In this document: piece after piece, positions 48,262 through 58,282 of the stretch
Position numbering within the stretch: the stretch's first letter is position 1
Layout of the letters: each line of letters starts with the position of its first letter
Assembly (NCBI GenBank): GCA_050945495.1
Contig: JBMNTA010000005.1
Span: 19,290-83,289 of the forward strand
DNA length: 64,000 nt
Direction of reading: 5' to 3'
Source: Saccharofermentanales bacterium
GTDB taxonomy: Bacteria; Bacillota; Clostridia; Saccharofermentanales; DTU023
Notes under the pieces: generated by a model
Databases searched by the model: none
Told to the model about the DNA's origin: nothing
Seen by the model: the letters and a program-made list of their open reading frames with translations, nothing else
Position numbers and translations under genes: made by a program

Positions 48262-50202
48262 TTACGCCTTTGCGATCGCGATGAAGCTCTCCGCTTCGAG
48301 CGAAGCTCCGCCGACGAGGCCGCCGTCGACGTGGTCGCCCGCGAACAATTCGCTCGCGTTCTCCGGCTGGATGGAACCGCCGTACAAAATCTTGACGCGT
48401 TCGGCCGACTCACCGTACATGTCGGCGAGCTTATCGGCGATGAACGCACAGGCCGCTTCCGCCTGTTCGGCCGTCGCGGTGTCGCCCGTGCCGATGGCCC
48501 AGATGGGCTCGTACGCGATTGTCATTTGACAGAGTTTCTCGGCGGGCACGCCGTCCAAGGCATGCTCGAGTTGCATGGACAAGATGCGCTTCGTGACGCC
48601 GTCGGCGCGCTCTTGTTTCGACTCGCCGATGCAGACGATCGGGCGAATGCCCCAGTGCAATGCGGCGTGAAGTTTACGGTTGACGCATTGATCGGTCTCC
48701 CCCGCCATCGCGCGGCGTTCGGAGTGGCCGATCACGACGTACGGCACGTGCATCTCGGCGAGCGTCGCCATGGCGATTTCACCCGTGTAGGCACCCGCGT
48801 CTTTCGAGTAACCGTTCTGCGCGGCGACATGCACCGGCGTCCCGGCCGTCCGATCGAGCGCGGCGGCCAGCGCCGTGTACGGCACGGCGACGACCAAGCG
48901 GGCGTCGACGTCGTACGCGTCCTTCAGAATGCCGTCGATCAGGGCCGTGGCCTCGGCGGGCACCGCCTTGTTCATCTTCCAGTTGCCGGCCACGAAACGG
49001 GCGCGCGGATCGCGGTCTTGCAGGCAGTCGATGCCGGGCAAAACTTTGCCTTCCAAATATTCGAGCGAAGCGCCGCCGCCGGTCGAGACGTGCGTCATGC
49101 CGTCGGTGTAGCCGAATTTTTCAACGGCCGCGGCCGTGTCACCGCCGCCGACGATGGAGACGGCATCGGATTCCGCGATGGCCTTGGCGATCGCGGCGGT
49201 CCCTTTGCCGAAGGCGTCGAATTCAAACACGCCGACGGGACCGTTCCAAATCACGGTGCCGGATTCGCGAATAATCTCGGAGAAGCGTTCGATCGTTTTC
49301 GGACCGGCGTCCAGGCCTTCCCAGTCATCGGGAATCTGATCGGCGGCCACCACTTGCGACGTGGCATCGGGCGCATATGTATCGGCCGCCACCACATCGA
49401 TCGGCAGGACGAGACGGACGCCTTTTTTCTCGGCCAGCTCCATCAGCTCTTTCGCCAAGTCGATCTTGTCGGTCTCGCAGAGCGAATTGCCGACCGAATG
49501 GCCCAATGCCGCGATGAACGTGTACGCCATGCCGCCGCCGATGAGCAAATTGTCGACGTTGTCGATCAAGTTGCGGATGACGCCGATTTTGTCGTAGACT
49601 TTGGCGCCGCCCAAAATCGCGGTCAACGGACGCTTCGGCGAAGCCATCGCTTGACCGATCATCTCGATTTCACGGTCGATCGTGTAGCCGGCCACGCCGG
49701 GCAAAAACGACGCGACGCCGGCCGTCGAAGCGTGCGCACGGTGCACGGCACCGAACGCGTCACTGACGTACAGTTCGGCCATCGACGCCAACGCGCGCGC
49801 AAACGCCGGTTTGTTCTTGGTTTCTTCTTTGTGGTAACGAACGTTTTCCAGCAATAAAATTTCGCCGTCTCGGAGCGCGGCGGCTTTCGCCTGCGCATCT
49901 TCGCCGACGACATCTTCGGCCAGCGTGACGGGCCGTTCGAGCAGTTCGGACAGGCGCTCGGCCACGGGGCGCAAAGACAATTTCGGGTCGAAGCCTTTCG
50001 GGCGACCCAAGTGGGAGACGATGATCAGGCGGGCACCGCGTTCCACGAGCGTACGGATCGTCGGGATCGCCGCACGAATCCGCTTGTCGTCCGTGATTTC
50101 GCCCGTTTTTTTATCGAGCGGAACGTTGAATTCCGCGCGTAAAAGGACGCGCTTGCCTTGTACATTGACATCATCGATGGTTTTTTTCACGTATTGGATC
50201 AT
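48262..50202 (-). CDS. Phosphoglycerate kinase-triosephosphate isomerase fusion
   Basis: PGK motifs (SHLGRP, LLENVRY, GGAKV, STGGGASLE) run in frame into TPI motifs (AGNWKMN, GHSERR, AYEPIWAIGTG, LVGGASL). Confidence 0.93.
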   Translation of the reverse strand: MIQYVKKTIDDVNVQGKRVLLRAEFNVPLDKKTGEITDDKRIRAAIPTIRTLVERGARLIIVSHLGRPKGFDPKLSLRPVAERLSELLERPVTLAEDVVGEDAQAKAAALRDGEILLLENVRYHKEETKNKPAFARALASMAELYVSDAFGAVHRAHASTAGVASFLPGVAGYTIDREIEMIGQAMASPKRPLTAILGGAKVYDKIGVIRNLIDNVDNLLIGGGMAYTFIAALGHSVGNSLCETDKIDLAKELMELAEKKGVRLVLPIDVVAADTYAPDATSQVVAADQIPDDWEGLDAGPKTIERFSEIIRESGTVIWNGPVGVFEFDAFGKGTAAIAKAIAESDAVSIVGGGDTAAAVEKFGYTDGMTHVSTGGGASLEYLEGKVLPGIDCLQDRDPRARFVAGNWKMNKAVPAEATALIDGILKDAYDVDARLVVAVPYTALAAALDRTAGTPVHVAAQNGYSKDAGAYTGEIAMATLAEMHVPYVVIGHSERRAMAGETDQCVNRKLHAALHWGIRPIVCIGESKQERADGVTKRILSMQLEHALDGVPAEKLCQMTIAYEPIWAIGTGDTATAEQAEAACAFIADKLADMYGESAERVKILYGGSIQPENASELFAGDHVDGGLVGGASLEAESFIAIAKA

Positions 50203-50332
50203 AGCTACCTCTCTACTTTCTTTTCTATCGCATCGACCGCAGTCGATCTTTTGCTTCATGAGGCCCAAAGGGGCCCTCTTGTTAGTTTAACGCTCTTTCG
50301 CGTATGTGGGGAGGAGTGTTTCACACGTGCCG

Positions 50333-51310
50333 TTAATTTTCGGTAAACGCGCGCTCACGCGTGTACATCGCGGCATGCACGGCGTCGTTCGGCCGTCCGT
50401 GACTGTCGGAGCCGGCCGTCACGATGAGGCCCAGATCGCGCGCAAGCTTCACCATCGCGCGCGACTGAGCGGGCGTCGCCATCCCGTGGAAACATTCGAT
50501 GCCGCGGATGCCGTAGGCCCGCATCCTTTCAAATCGCTCACGCAGTCGCGCACGCCCCGACGCCGACAGATCGTCGACCCAGCCCTTGTATTCGTTCGGA
50601 TGCGCCAAGACCGCCACACCGCCGGCCTCCCCGATCGCATCGCAGGCGGCTTCCACGCGTTCCCGCGTACGGGGCACGTAAAACGGACGACCGGGCTTCA
50701 AGAATGTGTCGAACGCCTCTTGGGTGGTCGCACAATGGCCTCGGTCGACGAGCCAAAGCGCCATGTGATTGCGTCCCAGCACGGCCCCCTTGCCCGCAAA
50801 ACGCGCCAGATCTTCGAAGGTGACCTCGACGCCGAAATGGTCGCTCATCTTTTGGAGCATCGCGCGGTTACGCGTTTCGCGACGCGCCCGTTGGCGCGCA
50901 AGATAGGCATCCATGCGGGGCGGCGCATCTTCGGTGAAATAACCCAGGATGTGAATTTCCACGGCGGTGCCGTCAAAGGTGTCGGACGTGCTGCATTCGA
51001 CGCCGGGAATGAAGACGATGCCGTCCTCGGCCGGGCCGTCCGTCCACGGCAGAACACGGGCGCCCGCCCGCTCCAAGGCCGCGCGTACGCGAGCGTTGCC
51101 GTCCACGGTGTCGTGGTCGGTCAGCGCAAAGACACGCAATCTGTGACGGCAGGCTTGTTCCGCGAGCGTTGCCGGCGTGGGCTTGCCGTCGGAAAAGCAC
51201 GAATGCAAATGCAAATCGACGCCGCCGAGACGCGTGGCGTCATCGAGAAACGTTGCGAGCGATCTGTCATTCGATCGGGTCATGCGATGCGGGAGCATGC
51301 TCGGCGTCAC
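50333..51310 (-). CDS. PHP domain metal-dependent phosphoesterase
   Basis: DLHLHS..SDG, LTDHDT, HILGY, LAHP, GSDSHG; start uncertain. Confidence 0.88.
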   Translation of the reverse strand: MTPSMLPHRMTRSNDRSLATFLDDATRLGGVDLHLHSCFSDGKPTPATLAEQACRHRLRVFALTDHDTVDGNARVRAALERAGARVLPWTDGPAEDGIVFIPGVECSTSDTFDGTAVEIHILGYFTEDAPPRMDAYLARQRARRETRNRAMLQKMSDHFGVEVTFEDLARFAGKGAVLGRNHMALWLVDRGHCATTQEAFDTFLKPGRPFYVPRTRERVEAACDAIGEAGGVAVLAHPNEYKGWVDDLSASGRARLRERFERMRAYGIRGIECFHGMATPAQSRAMVKLARDLGLIVTAGSDSHGRPNDAVHAAMYTRERAFTEN

Positions 51311-52274
51311 ACGTGATGTGCTCCGACAAAAGATAACGCGGACGTGCTTTGGTTTCTTTGAATAATTTGCTGATGTACAGGCCGATCAGCCCCAAACTGA
51401 TCAAGATCAAGCTTCCGATCAGCAGCTGCAGCAAGATGACGGTCGTAAAGCCCGTCGCCGCATCGCCCATGAAATAACGAACCAGCGTCTGAATCGCGAG
51501 GATGAAGAAGAGCAGCAAAAAGATGCCGCCGATCGTGCTGATCCACAGGAGCGGCTGCGATGAGAAACCGACCAACGCATTGACGGACAGCTTCAGCAGT
51601 TTGCGAAAGCCCCACTTGCTCTTGCCCACCGTGCGCTCTTCGACGACAAAGGGAAACGTCGCCCGATCGAAGCCCATCCAGGCGGACAGGGCGCGGAAGA
51701 ACGTCTCTTTTTCCGGAAGCGTCTTCCACTGATCGACGAACGATCGATCGAGCAATTTGAAGTCGGAGGCATTTTTCAAATTGATGCCCGACATCTTGTG
51801 AAACAGTCGGTAGAACGTGTTGGCGAAAAAGCCCGAGGCCTTCGATTCTTTGCCGCGGGAGGTCTTGACGCCTTCGACAACGTCGTACCCTTCGCGCCAC
51901 AACGCGAGCATCGTCGGGATGTAGCGCGGCGGATGCTGCAGGTCGCCGTCCATCAAAATGACGGCGTCCCCGCGAGCCGCGTCCAAGCCGGCGCACATGG
52001 CCGCCTCTTTGCCGAAGTTGCGTGAGAAACGGAGGCATTGGACCGACGCCCCGTCAAACGGATACGACGTCAAGGCCGTCCACGTGGCGTCCGATGAGCC
52101 GTCGTCGATCGCGACGATCTCGTACGGCATCCCCGTCGTCCGCAGCACGCGCTCGGTCTCGGCCAGCGTCAGGGCCACCTGGGCCTCCTCGTTGTAAAAC
52201 GGGATGACCACAGAAAGAGACGCCCCCTCGGGGCGTTTTGTACGACATGCACCGTGGCATTCGGTCGATTTCAT
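51267..52274 (-). CDS. GT2 glycosyltransferase (GtrB-like)
   Basis: VIPFYNE, DDGSSD, FSRNFGKEAA, MDGDLQHPP, two C-terminal TM helices. Confidence 0.92.
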   Translation of the reverse strand: MKSTECHGACRTKRPEGASLSVVIPFYNEEAQVALTLAETERVLRTTGMPYEIVAIDDGSSDATWTALTSYPFDGASVQCLRFSRNFGKEAAMCAGLDAARGDAVILMDGDLQHPPRYIPTMLALWREGYDVVEGVKTSRGKESKASGFFANTFYRLFHKMSGINLKNASDFKLLDRSFVDQWKTLPEKETFFRALSAWMGFDRATFPFVVEERTVGKSKWGFRKLLKLSVNALVGFSSQPLLWISTIGGIFLLLFFILAIQTLVRYFMGDAATGFTTVILLQLLIGSLILISLGLIGLYISKLFKETKARPRYLLSEHITCDAEHAPASHDPIE

Positions 52275-52362
52275 GTGGACCCACGCCCTTTCTTTAAAAA
52301 CGTGGACGCGGTGCCAGACCACGTCCACGTTGGATGTCATGGTATGTCGCTCGCCGCGATCG

Positions 52363-54450
52363 TCAGCCGATCAAGCGTTTGGCGAGCACCGGTTGCATGC
52401 CGTACGTCACCAAGTTGTCCATCACGACCCCTCGGCGACTCACGGCGTGGATCATCATGTTGTTGCCGGCGTAAATACCGACGTGATGGTATCCGTAACC
52501 GCGACTGAAGAAGACCAGATCGCCCGGTTGCAAGTTCGAGAAGTCACGCCCGGAGAACGGGATCTTGCGCCCGTACAGCGTGGCCTGTGCCTGCGAACCG
52601 TGGTGCCGCATGTTATAGCCGACGGCATTGTAGCAATATTTGACGAGACCCGAACAGTCGAGGCCGCGCATGCTGCAGCCGCCGCGAATATAAGGCAGGC
52701 CGATGCACGATTTGGCAATCTCGACGATGCGCAGACAGCGATCGTCAACGCCGCCGTTGCCGCCACCGTTGCCACCGGGATTCGTGGTACCGCCGCCGCT
52801 GCTTCCGCCGGAACTGGGCGCCGGCTTCGGTTTCGTCTTCGACAAGAGATCCGACGAAATGTAGCCTTGCTTGCCGCCCGACACCTTGACCATGGTCCAG
52901 CCGTCGCCGACGGCGACCGTCTTCACCGCGTCACCCAAGCGCACCACCGTAATGATCGTGCAGTTGGTGTTCGGTTGCGAGCGCACATTGACGGCGCCCG
53001 AATTGACGTACAACGTTCCGGAAACACGCTTAAAGCCTTCCGGCGGCGGTTTCACGGACGTCAAGAATTCGCCTTTGACAAAGCCCGTCCGATCGCCGAC
53101 CTTGACTTTCGACCACGTGCCGTTCGTCGCGAGCTCCTGCACCGCTTGGTCGCGGCGAAGCGAGTCGAGCACCGGCGCATCGGTCGTCGGGGATTGGCGG
53201 ACGTTCAGGGCATTGGTATCGACGTACATGGTCCGGTTGGTGTTCGAAAACGGATCGACCGGGGGCGTGTCGCGCAGCAAATCGTTGCGGATGAAGGCGA
53301 TGATGCCCGCTTCGGTGCGGATCCGCGACCAGCCGCCGTTGTCGGAGTACTGGTACACGCGATCATCCAAGAAGCCCGTCGTGATGATTTCGGCATCGAG
53401 CGAGGGCGATTCGCGCAAATTGGCCATGTCGGTATCAATGTACATGTAACGGCCCACTTCGAGTTCCGTGATCTCATCGGCCGGTTTGTCCGGTCCGAAC
53501 AAGTCATTGAACATGTAGCCCGTGACGCCGTTTTCCGTCTGAATTTTCGACCATTCATCGCCGACGTCGAGCACGACGAGCGTCATGCCGCGCAAGCCGA
53601 ACCCCTCGATCGGGTGTTCCTTGCCGGGACCGCTGCGAACGTACACTTGGCGATTTTGGACGTAATAGGTCGCGCCCTGCTCGGGAACGAACACGCGTTC
53701 TTCGGTAACGTCGCCCGCTCGGACGTAGCCCGAGATGCCGCTCAAGGTGCGAACGGCGACCCAGCCGTAGCTGTCCGACAGTTTGACGAGCGCATCGTTC
53801 AAGCGCGCATGTCCGATCACTCCGGCACCTTCCTTGGGCTCGTCATACACCGAGATGGTGTCTTTTTGCACAAAGACATAAGGTACCGGCGGTTTTTCTT
53901 GCGGAGGAACATGAACCCATTGATCCAAACGGTCGGTCATGCCCTCCACGACAATTTCACCGTCCGACGCCATCGGATCGGTGACAACCTCAATCACCGC
54001 CTCGGAGACGAAGGGTTCCGTGACCTCCGGGGCAGTCGTCGGCACTTCGTCCGGCGCGGATACCGTGGTCTCGGGGATCCCATTTTCCAAGGGGGTTTGA
54101 TCGGTTGGTACGGGCGCGATTAACTCAGGATGGTCACGACGGATCAGACCGTCGTCATTCATCGCTTCATAATTCTGGAAGGGAACCGGTGCTTCGGGGG
54201 TCGCTGTGATCTTGATGATAAAGACCGTCATCAACAGCACGATCACCACCGTCGGCAACCCGTAAAAGAGCAAGCGGTCGCGCGCGTGAGCGCCGATCCG
54301 CCGACGTTTGCGCACTTTGGGGCGCACGCGCCGAATGGGTTCGGTCGAAGCCGTATCACCGATTGGAGCGATGGCCAGCGTGACCGATCGTGTCACGGGA
54401 GCCGTTCGTTCGCTCGTCGACGACCCTTTATGGGGGTTTTTATCGGACAT
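52363..54450 (-). CDS. Multi-SH3b NlpC/P60 peptidoglycan endopeptidase
   Basis: TM anchor, about five SH3b repeats (e.g. NVRQSP, NVRSQP), GLDCSG, HVGIY, IHA. Confidence 0.9.
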   Translation of the reverse strand: MSDKNPHKGSSTSERTAPVTRSVTLAIAPIGDTASTEPIRRVRPKVRKRRRIGAHARDRLLFYGLPTVVIVLLMTVFIIKITATPEAPVPFQNYEAMNDDGLIRRDHPELIAPVPTDQTPLENGIPETTVSAPDEVPTTAPEVTEPFVSEAVIEVVTDPMASDGEIVVEGMTDRLDQWVHVPPQEKPPVPYVFVQKDTISVYDEPKEGAGVIGHARLNDALVKLSDSYGWVAVRTLSGISGYVRAGDVTEERVFVPEQGATYYVQNRQVYVRSGPGKEHPIEGFGLRGMTLVVLDVGDEWSKIQTENGVTGYMFNDLFGPDKPADEITELEVGRYMYIDTDMANLRESPSLDAEIITTGFLDDRVYQYSDNGGWSRIRTEAGIIAFIRNDLLRDTPPVDPFSNTNRTMYVDTNALNVRQSPTTDAPVLDSLRRDQAVQELATNGTWSKVKVGDRTGFVKGEFLTSVKPPPEGFKRVSGTLYVNSGAVNVRSQPNTNCTIITVVRLGDAVKTVAVGDGWTMVKVSGGKQGYISSDLLSKTKPKPAPSSGGSSGGGTTNPGGNGGGNGGVDDRCLRIVEIAKSCIGLPYIRGGCSMRGLDCSGLVKYCYNAVGYNMRHHGSQAQATLYGRKIPFSGRDFSNLQPGDLVFFSRGYGYHHVGIYAGNNMMIHAVSRRGVVMDNLVTYGMQPVLAKRLIG

Positions 54451-54530
54451 CGAATATCACCTTTCTGCTAAAAAAGACGCCACAAACACGCGTCAACTTT
54501 GGCTCATTATAGCATCGCGCCCCCGGACGT

Positions 54531-55928
54531 TCAACAGAACCCGCATGACAAAACGATGTCATTCGCGTGAAGAAGGCGATCCAAAAGGCGGCTGGCGGCC
54601 AACGCATCGGCGACGCCGCCGCAGCTCAAACGATCTCGCACAAACACGCGATCGAGCGATCGCACAAAGTCCGTCAACAGTGGTTCGGGCATCGCGGACG
54701 CCCCTTCGGCAAGGTCATCGCCGTACGCCGACAGCGTGTCGGAGACCCGGCGACGGACATCCTTGGCCCGACCGATGCCGCCCCGCCCCGAGAGGGTCGT
54801 ATCGTCGAGGACGGCCAAGAGTGCCACCAAGGCGCGCAGGCCCGCCGTGTTGTCATCTTCCCCCCGCATGCGCGACGCGCGGAGCACGGGTACGCCGAGC
54901 TCGAAGATATGCGGCAAGCCGCCCAACGCTTCGGCGCGGATGCCGCCGACAGCGGGACCCTTCGATGCCGCCACCGACGCAAACGCCTCGTCCGCCAACA
55001 CCTCTTCCAAGCGATGCGCCATGTCCGTCACGTGCGCCCGCAGCGTGCGCGTCGAATCGGTCGCTTGCTTGGCGCCCAGGGCGGCGCCGATCAGCCCCGA
55101 CAAATAGATCCAACCGCGGTGCGTATTGACGCCACGGGTCGCCCCCATCATGTCGGCTTCGGCAAGCATCCCGGCGCGGCGCAAACGGGCGGCGTCGGCC
55201 CCCGTCCAACCGATCGCGAACGCGCGGCGATAATACGGCACGAGCACGGCCTGACTTTTGGCAAAGGAAAAGCGATCCATGTCGTCGTGGGCGCCCTGCC
55301 CGTCCGGCGTGACCAGGCCGGGCTTCGGCGAGACCAACAACTCAAACGACGACGCCTCCGCGGCCATGCGGGCGAAGTCATCGGCCAACGCGCCCCGCGC
55401 AAACGCTTCAAGGCGTCGTGCCGCGACGTCGGCCGCCGCACCGGGCGCGTGTCGGCCGGCGATGCGACACTCGTGGGCCGGTCGATCGCAGATGAGGCAT
55501 GTTCGGGGCGGCCACCCGAGGCGGGCGCGATCGATCACCGCGCCGTCCCGATCGATGACGTCCAGATCCAAAAGACGCGCCGCGGGCGAGGCCGTTTCCA
55601 AGTCCACGGCCATCCGCTTCATCGCCATGGGCGTCAACCCGCGAACGGCCCACAGCGCCTCGTCGCCCGTCGCCGCCGTCACGACCTCACGCGCTTCGAC
55701 GGTGCCGCCCGACGCTTCGATGAGCGCCTCGACGCGGCGCCGTTGCCGCTCAAAGAACAGCGCGGAATGCGCCGTCCGCTTGACGGCGCCCGGCATGTTG
55801 ACGGTCATGGAAAAGACGGGACACCGGTGCGCCTCCCGCAGACGGCGCTGCCGTTCGGCCCGCCGTTCGCGGGCCGCGAGCACGGCCTCAAGCGACACCG
55901 CTTCGCCAACGTTCGTAGCGTCCGTCAT
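54531..55928 (-). CDS. citXG: CitX-CitG fusion (holo-ACP synthase + triphosphoribosyl-dephospho-CoA synthase)
   Basis: LAARERR, RLLDLDV, CLIC (CitX); PKPGLV, GAHDDM, GVNTHRG, DDTT, GGVAD (CitG). Confidence 0.88.
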   Translation of the reverse strand: MTDATNVGEAVSLEAVLAARERRAERQRRLREAHRCPVFSMTVNMPGAVKRTAHSALFFERQRRRVEALIEASGGTVEAREVVTAATGDEALWAVRGLTPMAMKRMAVDLETASPAARLLDLDVIDRDGAVIDRARLGWPPRTCLICDRPAHECRIAGRHAPGAAADVAARRLEAFARGALADDFARMAAEASSFELLVSPKPGLVTPDGQGAHDDMDRFSFAKSQAVLVPYYRRAFAIGWTGADAARLRRAGMLAEADMMGATRGVNTHRGWIYLSGLIGAALGAKQATDSTRTLRAHVTDMAHRLEEVLADEAFASVAASKGPAVGGIRAEALGGLPHIFELGVPVLRASRMRGEDDNTAGLRALVALLAVLDDTTLSGRGGIGRAKDVRRRVSDTLSAYGDDLAEGASAMPEPLLTDFVRSLDRVFVRDRLSCGGVADALAASRLLDRLLHANDIVLSCGFC

Positions 55929-55937
55929 GGGAAGCGA

Positions 55938-56894
55938 TCACTCGCGCACTTGTTCGTGCGCCGAGAACGTCATCATCTGCAGCGAGTTCAATTCGGAGAG
56001 CTTGAACGTATCGGGCATGTTGATGAGGCCCAAGAGCTGCGCATCGTTCGTAATCGGATGCGATAAAAATTCGTGGTACAGTTGAAAGTCTTTGATCTCC
56101 CCCGTCGATTTGACGTGCATGCGCGGTCCCGTGCAGTAATGGCGCTGATCGCCGATCAAGATATGCGTATTGTCGAGGTACGAGATCGGCAAATCGCGCG
56201 CGATCATGTCCTTGACGTCGCGTTCCAATTCGACCAGATCGAATTCGGGACGCTCATGGAACGAGAGGATGAAGCCCGAGCGCACGTCGTAGTGATCGAA
56301 ATGGTAGACACGGCGATCGATGAGGCAATACTCCACGAGGTCTTCGGCCGTGTGTGCCATGCGGCGATTGTTGATCGACGCGAAGACGACGTCTTTGATG
56401 TCGTTCGGTTCGGGACCGAACACGCTCGGGCGCGTCACGATGATCTCCTCGCCGACCCCGATCAACAAGTGCGCGTTCATGCCGAGGTACGGGTAAATCA
56501 AATCGAAATGCTCGATGACGACGCGCTTGCCGCGCGACACGGCCAGACGGATCGCATCGGCCAGCTCGTGCGCCTGATAAAACGCGAGCTCAAAGCGGAT
56601 GTCCAAGTGGTACGTGTGCGGCGTGAAAAAGCCGGTATCGTCTTGGTGCATGATCGGCAGCGGCCGCACATTGACGCCTTCGTCGTCGTTCGTGAGCTCC
56701 AGACCGGGGAACATGCCCTTCAGCATGATGCTCTTGCCGGATCCGCTGTCGCCGATCAAGCCGATCAACAGGTCAAACGGCGACAGAAATTGCTGCGCGA
56801 TCTGTGTGCCCTGATCGGCCATGCGCGGTGCGCCGCGCGGTGACAACAAAACGCTGTATAAGTGGTTACGCTGCATGCGATCTGAATAGGACAT
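55938..56894 (-). CDS. Uncharacterised P-loop protein with C-terminal AlaRS-editing (tRNA_SAD)-like domain
   Basis: GDSGSGKS Walker A; HTAEDL and HYCTGPRMHV resemble the HxxxH/CxGxH editing motifs. Confidence 0.7.
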   Translation of the reverse strand: MSYSDRMQRNHLYSVLLSPRGAPRMADQGTQIAQQFLSPFDLLIGLIGDSGSGKSIMLKGMFPGLELTNDDEGVNVRPLPIMHQDDTGFFTPHTYHLDIRFELAFYQAHELADAIRLAVSRGKRVVIEHFDLIYPYLGMNAHLLIGVGEEIIVTRPSVFGPEPNDIKDVVFASINNRRMAHTAEDLVEYCLIDRRVYHFDHYDVRSGFILSFHERPEFDLVELERDVKDMIARDLPISYLDNTHILIGDQRHYCTGPRMHVKSTGEIKDFQLYHEFLSHPITNDAQLLGLINMPDTFKLSELNSLQMMTFSAHEQVRE

Positions 56895-57137
56895 ATCTGC
56901 CTCCCTCGCGCCCCACGGGGCATGCTTGACCGTATTGTCTCACAAACGCGCCGTCAACGCGACCGACGCGGTCCATCGTGTCATATTGGATAAAGATAAT
57001 CAACACGCGTGCGCATATAAATAGCAAAAACCCCCAAGCGCCACGCAAAACGTCAAGAAACGTTGCAAAAAAGCCATATTTTCACGTCAAGCACACCCGC
57101 CTCGGATGGTAAAATACAGACAGACGGAGGAATGCCC

Positions 57138-58192
57138 ATGACCCGATCAACTCAATCATCAGACCGTCTTTGGATCGTGACCGGTGCCTCCGGGCACCTG
57201 GGCAACACGGTGGTTCGCGCGCTCGCCGAGCGCGGCGAACGCGTGCGCGCGTTCGTTTTGGAAAAGAACGCCCCGAGGCGCTCCGAGGCCTTCCGTGCGA
57301 GGTCATTTCCGGCGACATCACCGACCCCGAGACGCTCGAACCGCTCTTCATGAACCTTAAATCGCCCCACGTGACGGTGCTCCACCTTGCGAGCGTCGTC
57401 TCCATCTATGCCCACGCATCGCCCATGCTGTTCGAGGTCAACGTCCGCGGCACCCGTCATCTGCTCGACCGCTCGATGGCGCACGGCGTGGACCGCTTCG
57501 TGTATTGCGGCAGCGTCCATGCGCTGCCCGTGCCCGACGATCCCGAAACGATTATCACGGAAGTCGATCACTACGATCCAAACCTCGTCGTCGGCGATTA
57601 CGCAAAATCCAAAGCCATGGCCGCCGAGATGGTGCTCGATGCGAGCCGCAACGGCTTGGACGCTTCCGTCGTCCTCCCCGCGGGCATCATCGGCCCATAC
57701 GATTATTTGGGCAACAGCATCTCCGGCCTTTTGAAGCGCGTCGTGGATCGGAAGCTGCCCGCCATGATCGGGGGCGGGTACAACTTTGTCAGCGTCAAAG
57801 ATGTGGCCAACGGCATCATCGCCGCCGCCGAACGCGGCCGTTCGGGCGAGAGTTACATCCTCTCCGGACACGAAGTCGACGCTTTGGACATGGTCAATTT
57901 CGTCGCGCAAATGACCGGCCGCCGCACGTTCCGCCATCTCGCGCCCATGTGGATCGCACGTCTCATCGCACCGATCACGGAGTGGCTGTCCAAACAGACG
58001 GGTCGACGCCCCGTCCTCACGCCTTACTCGCTCTACACGCTCACGAGCCCGCGTCATTTTTCGCACGACAAGGCGACGCGCGAGCTGGGGTACACGGTGC
58101 GGCCGCTGGAGGAAACCCTCACCGCGATGGTGCGCTTCATGGCCGACAACCACCAATTCAAAACGGCGGTCGTCTTTGAAAACGGCAGCTGA
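57138..58192 (+). pseudogene. NAD-dependent epimerase/dehydratase (extended SDR) split by a frameshift near 57260
   Basis: RBS GGAGG and VTGASGHLG in one frame; GDITD, HLAS, YAKSK in the -1 frame; one extra A in GGAAAAG would restore a single ORF. Confidence 0.75.
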
Positions 58193-58234
58193 CGGGCGCT
58201 GAATTTCGTCCGTCGTAAATCTTTTGCCAAATCG

Positions 58235-58260
58235 AAGGGCCCGCGCGACGGCGGGCCCTT
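58235..58260. terminator. Hairpin between convergent epimerase and citF
   Basis: AAGGGCCCGC-N6-GCGGGCCCTT. Confidence 0.65.
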
Positions 58261-58282
58261 GTTGCATGCGTTGAACGGTGGA

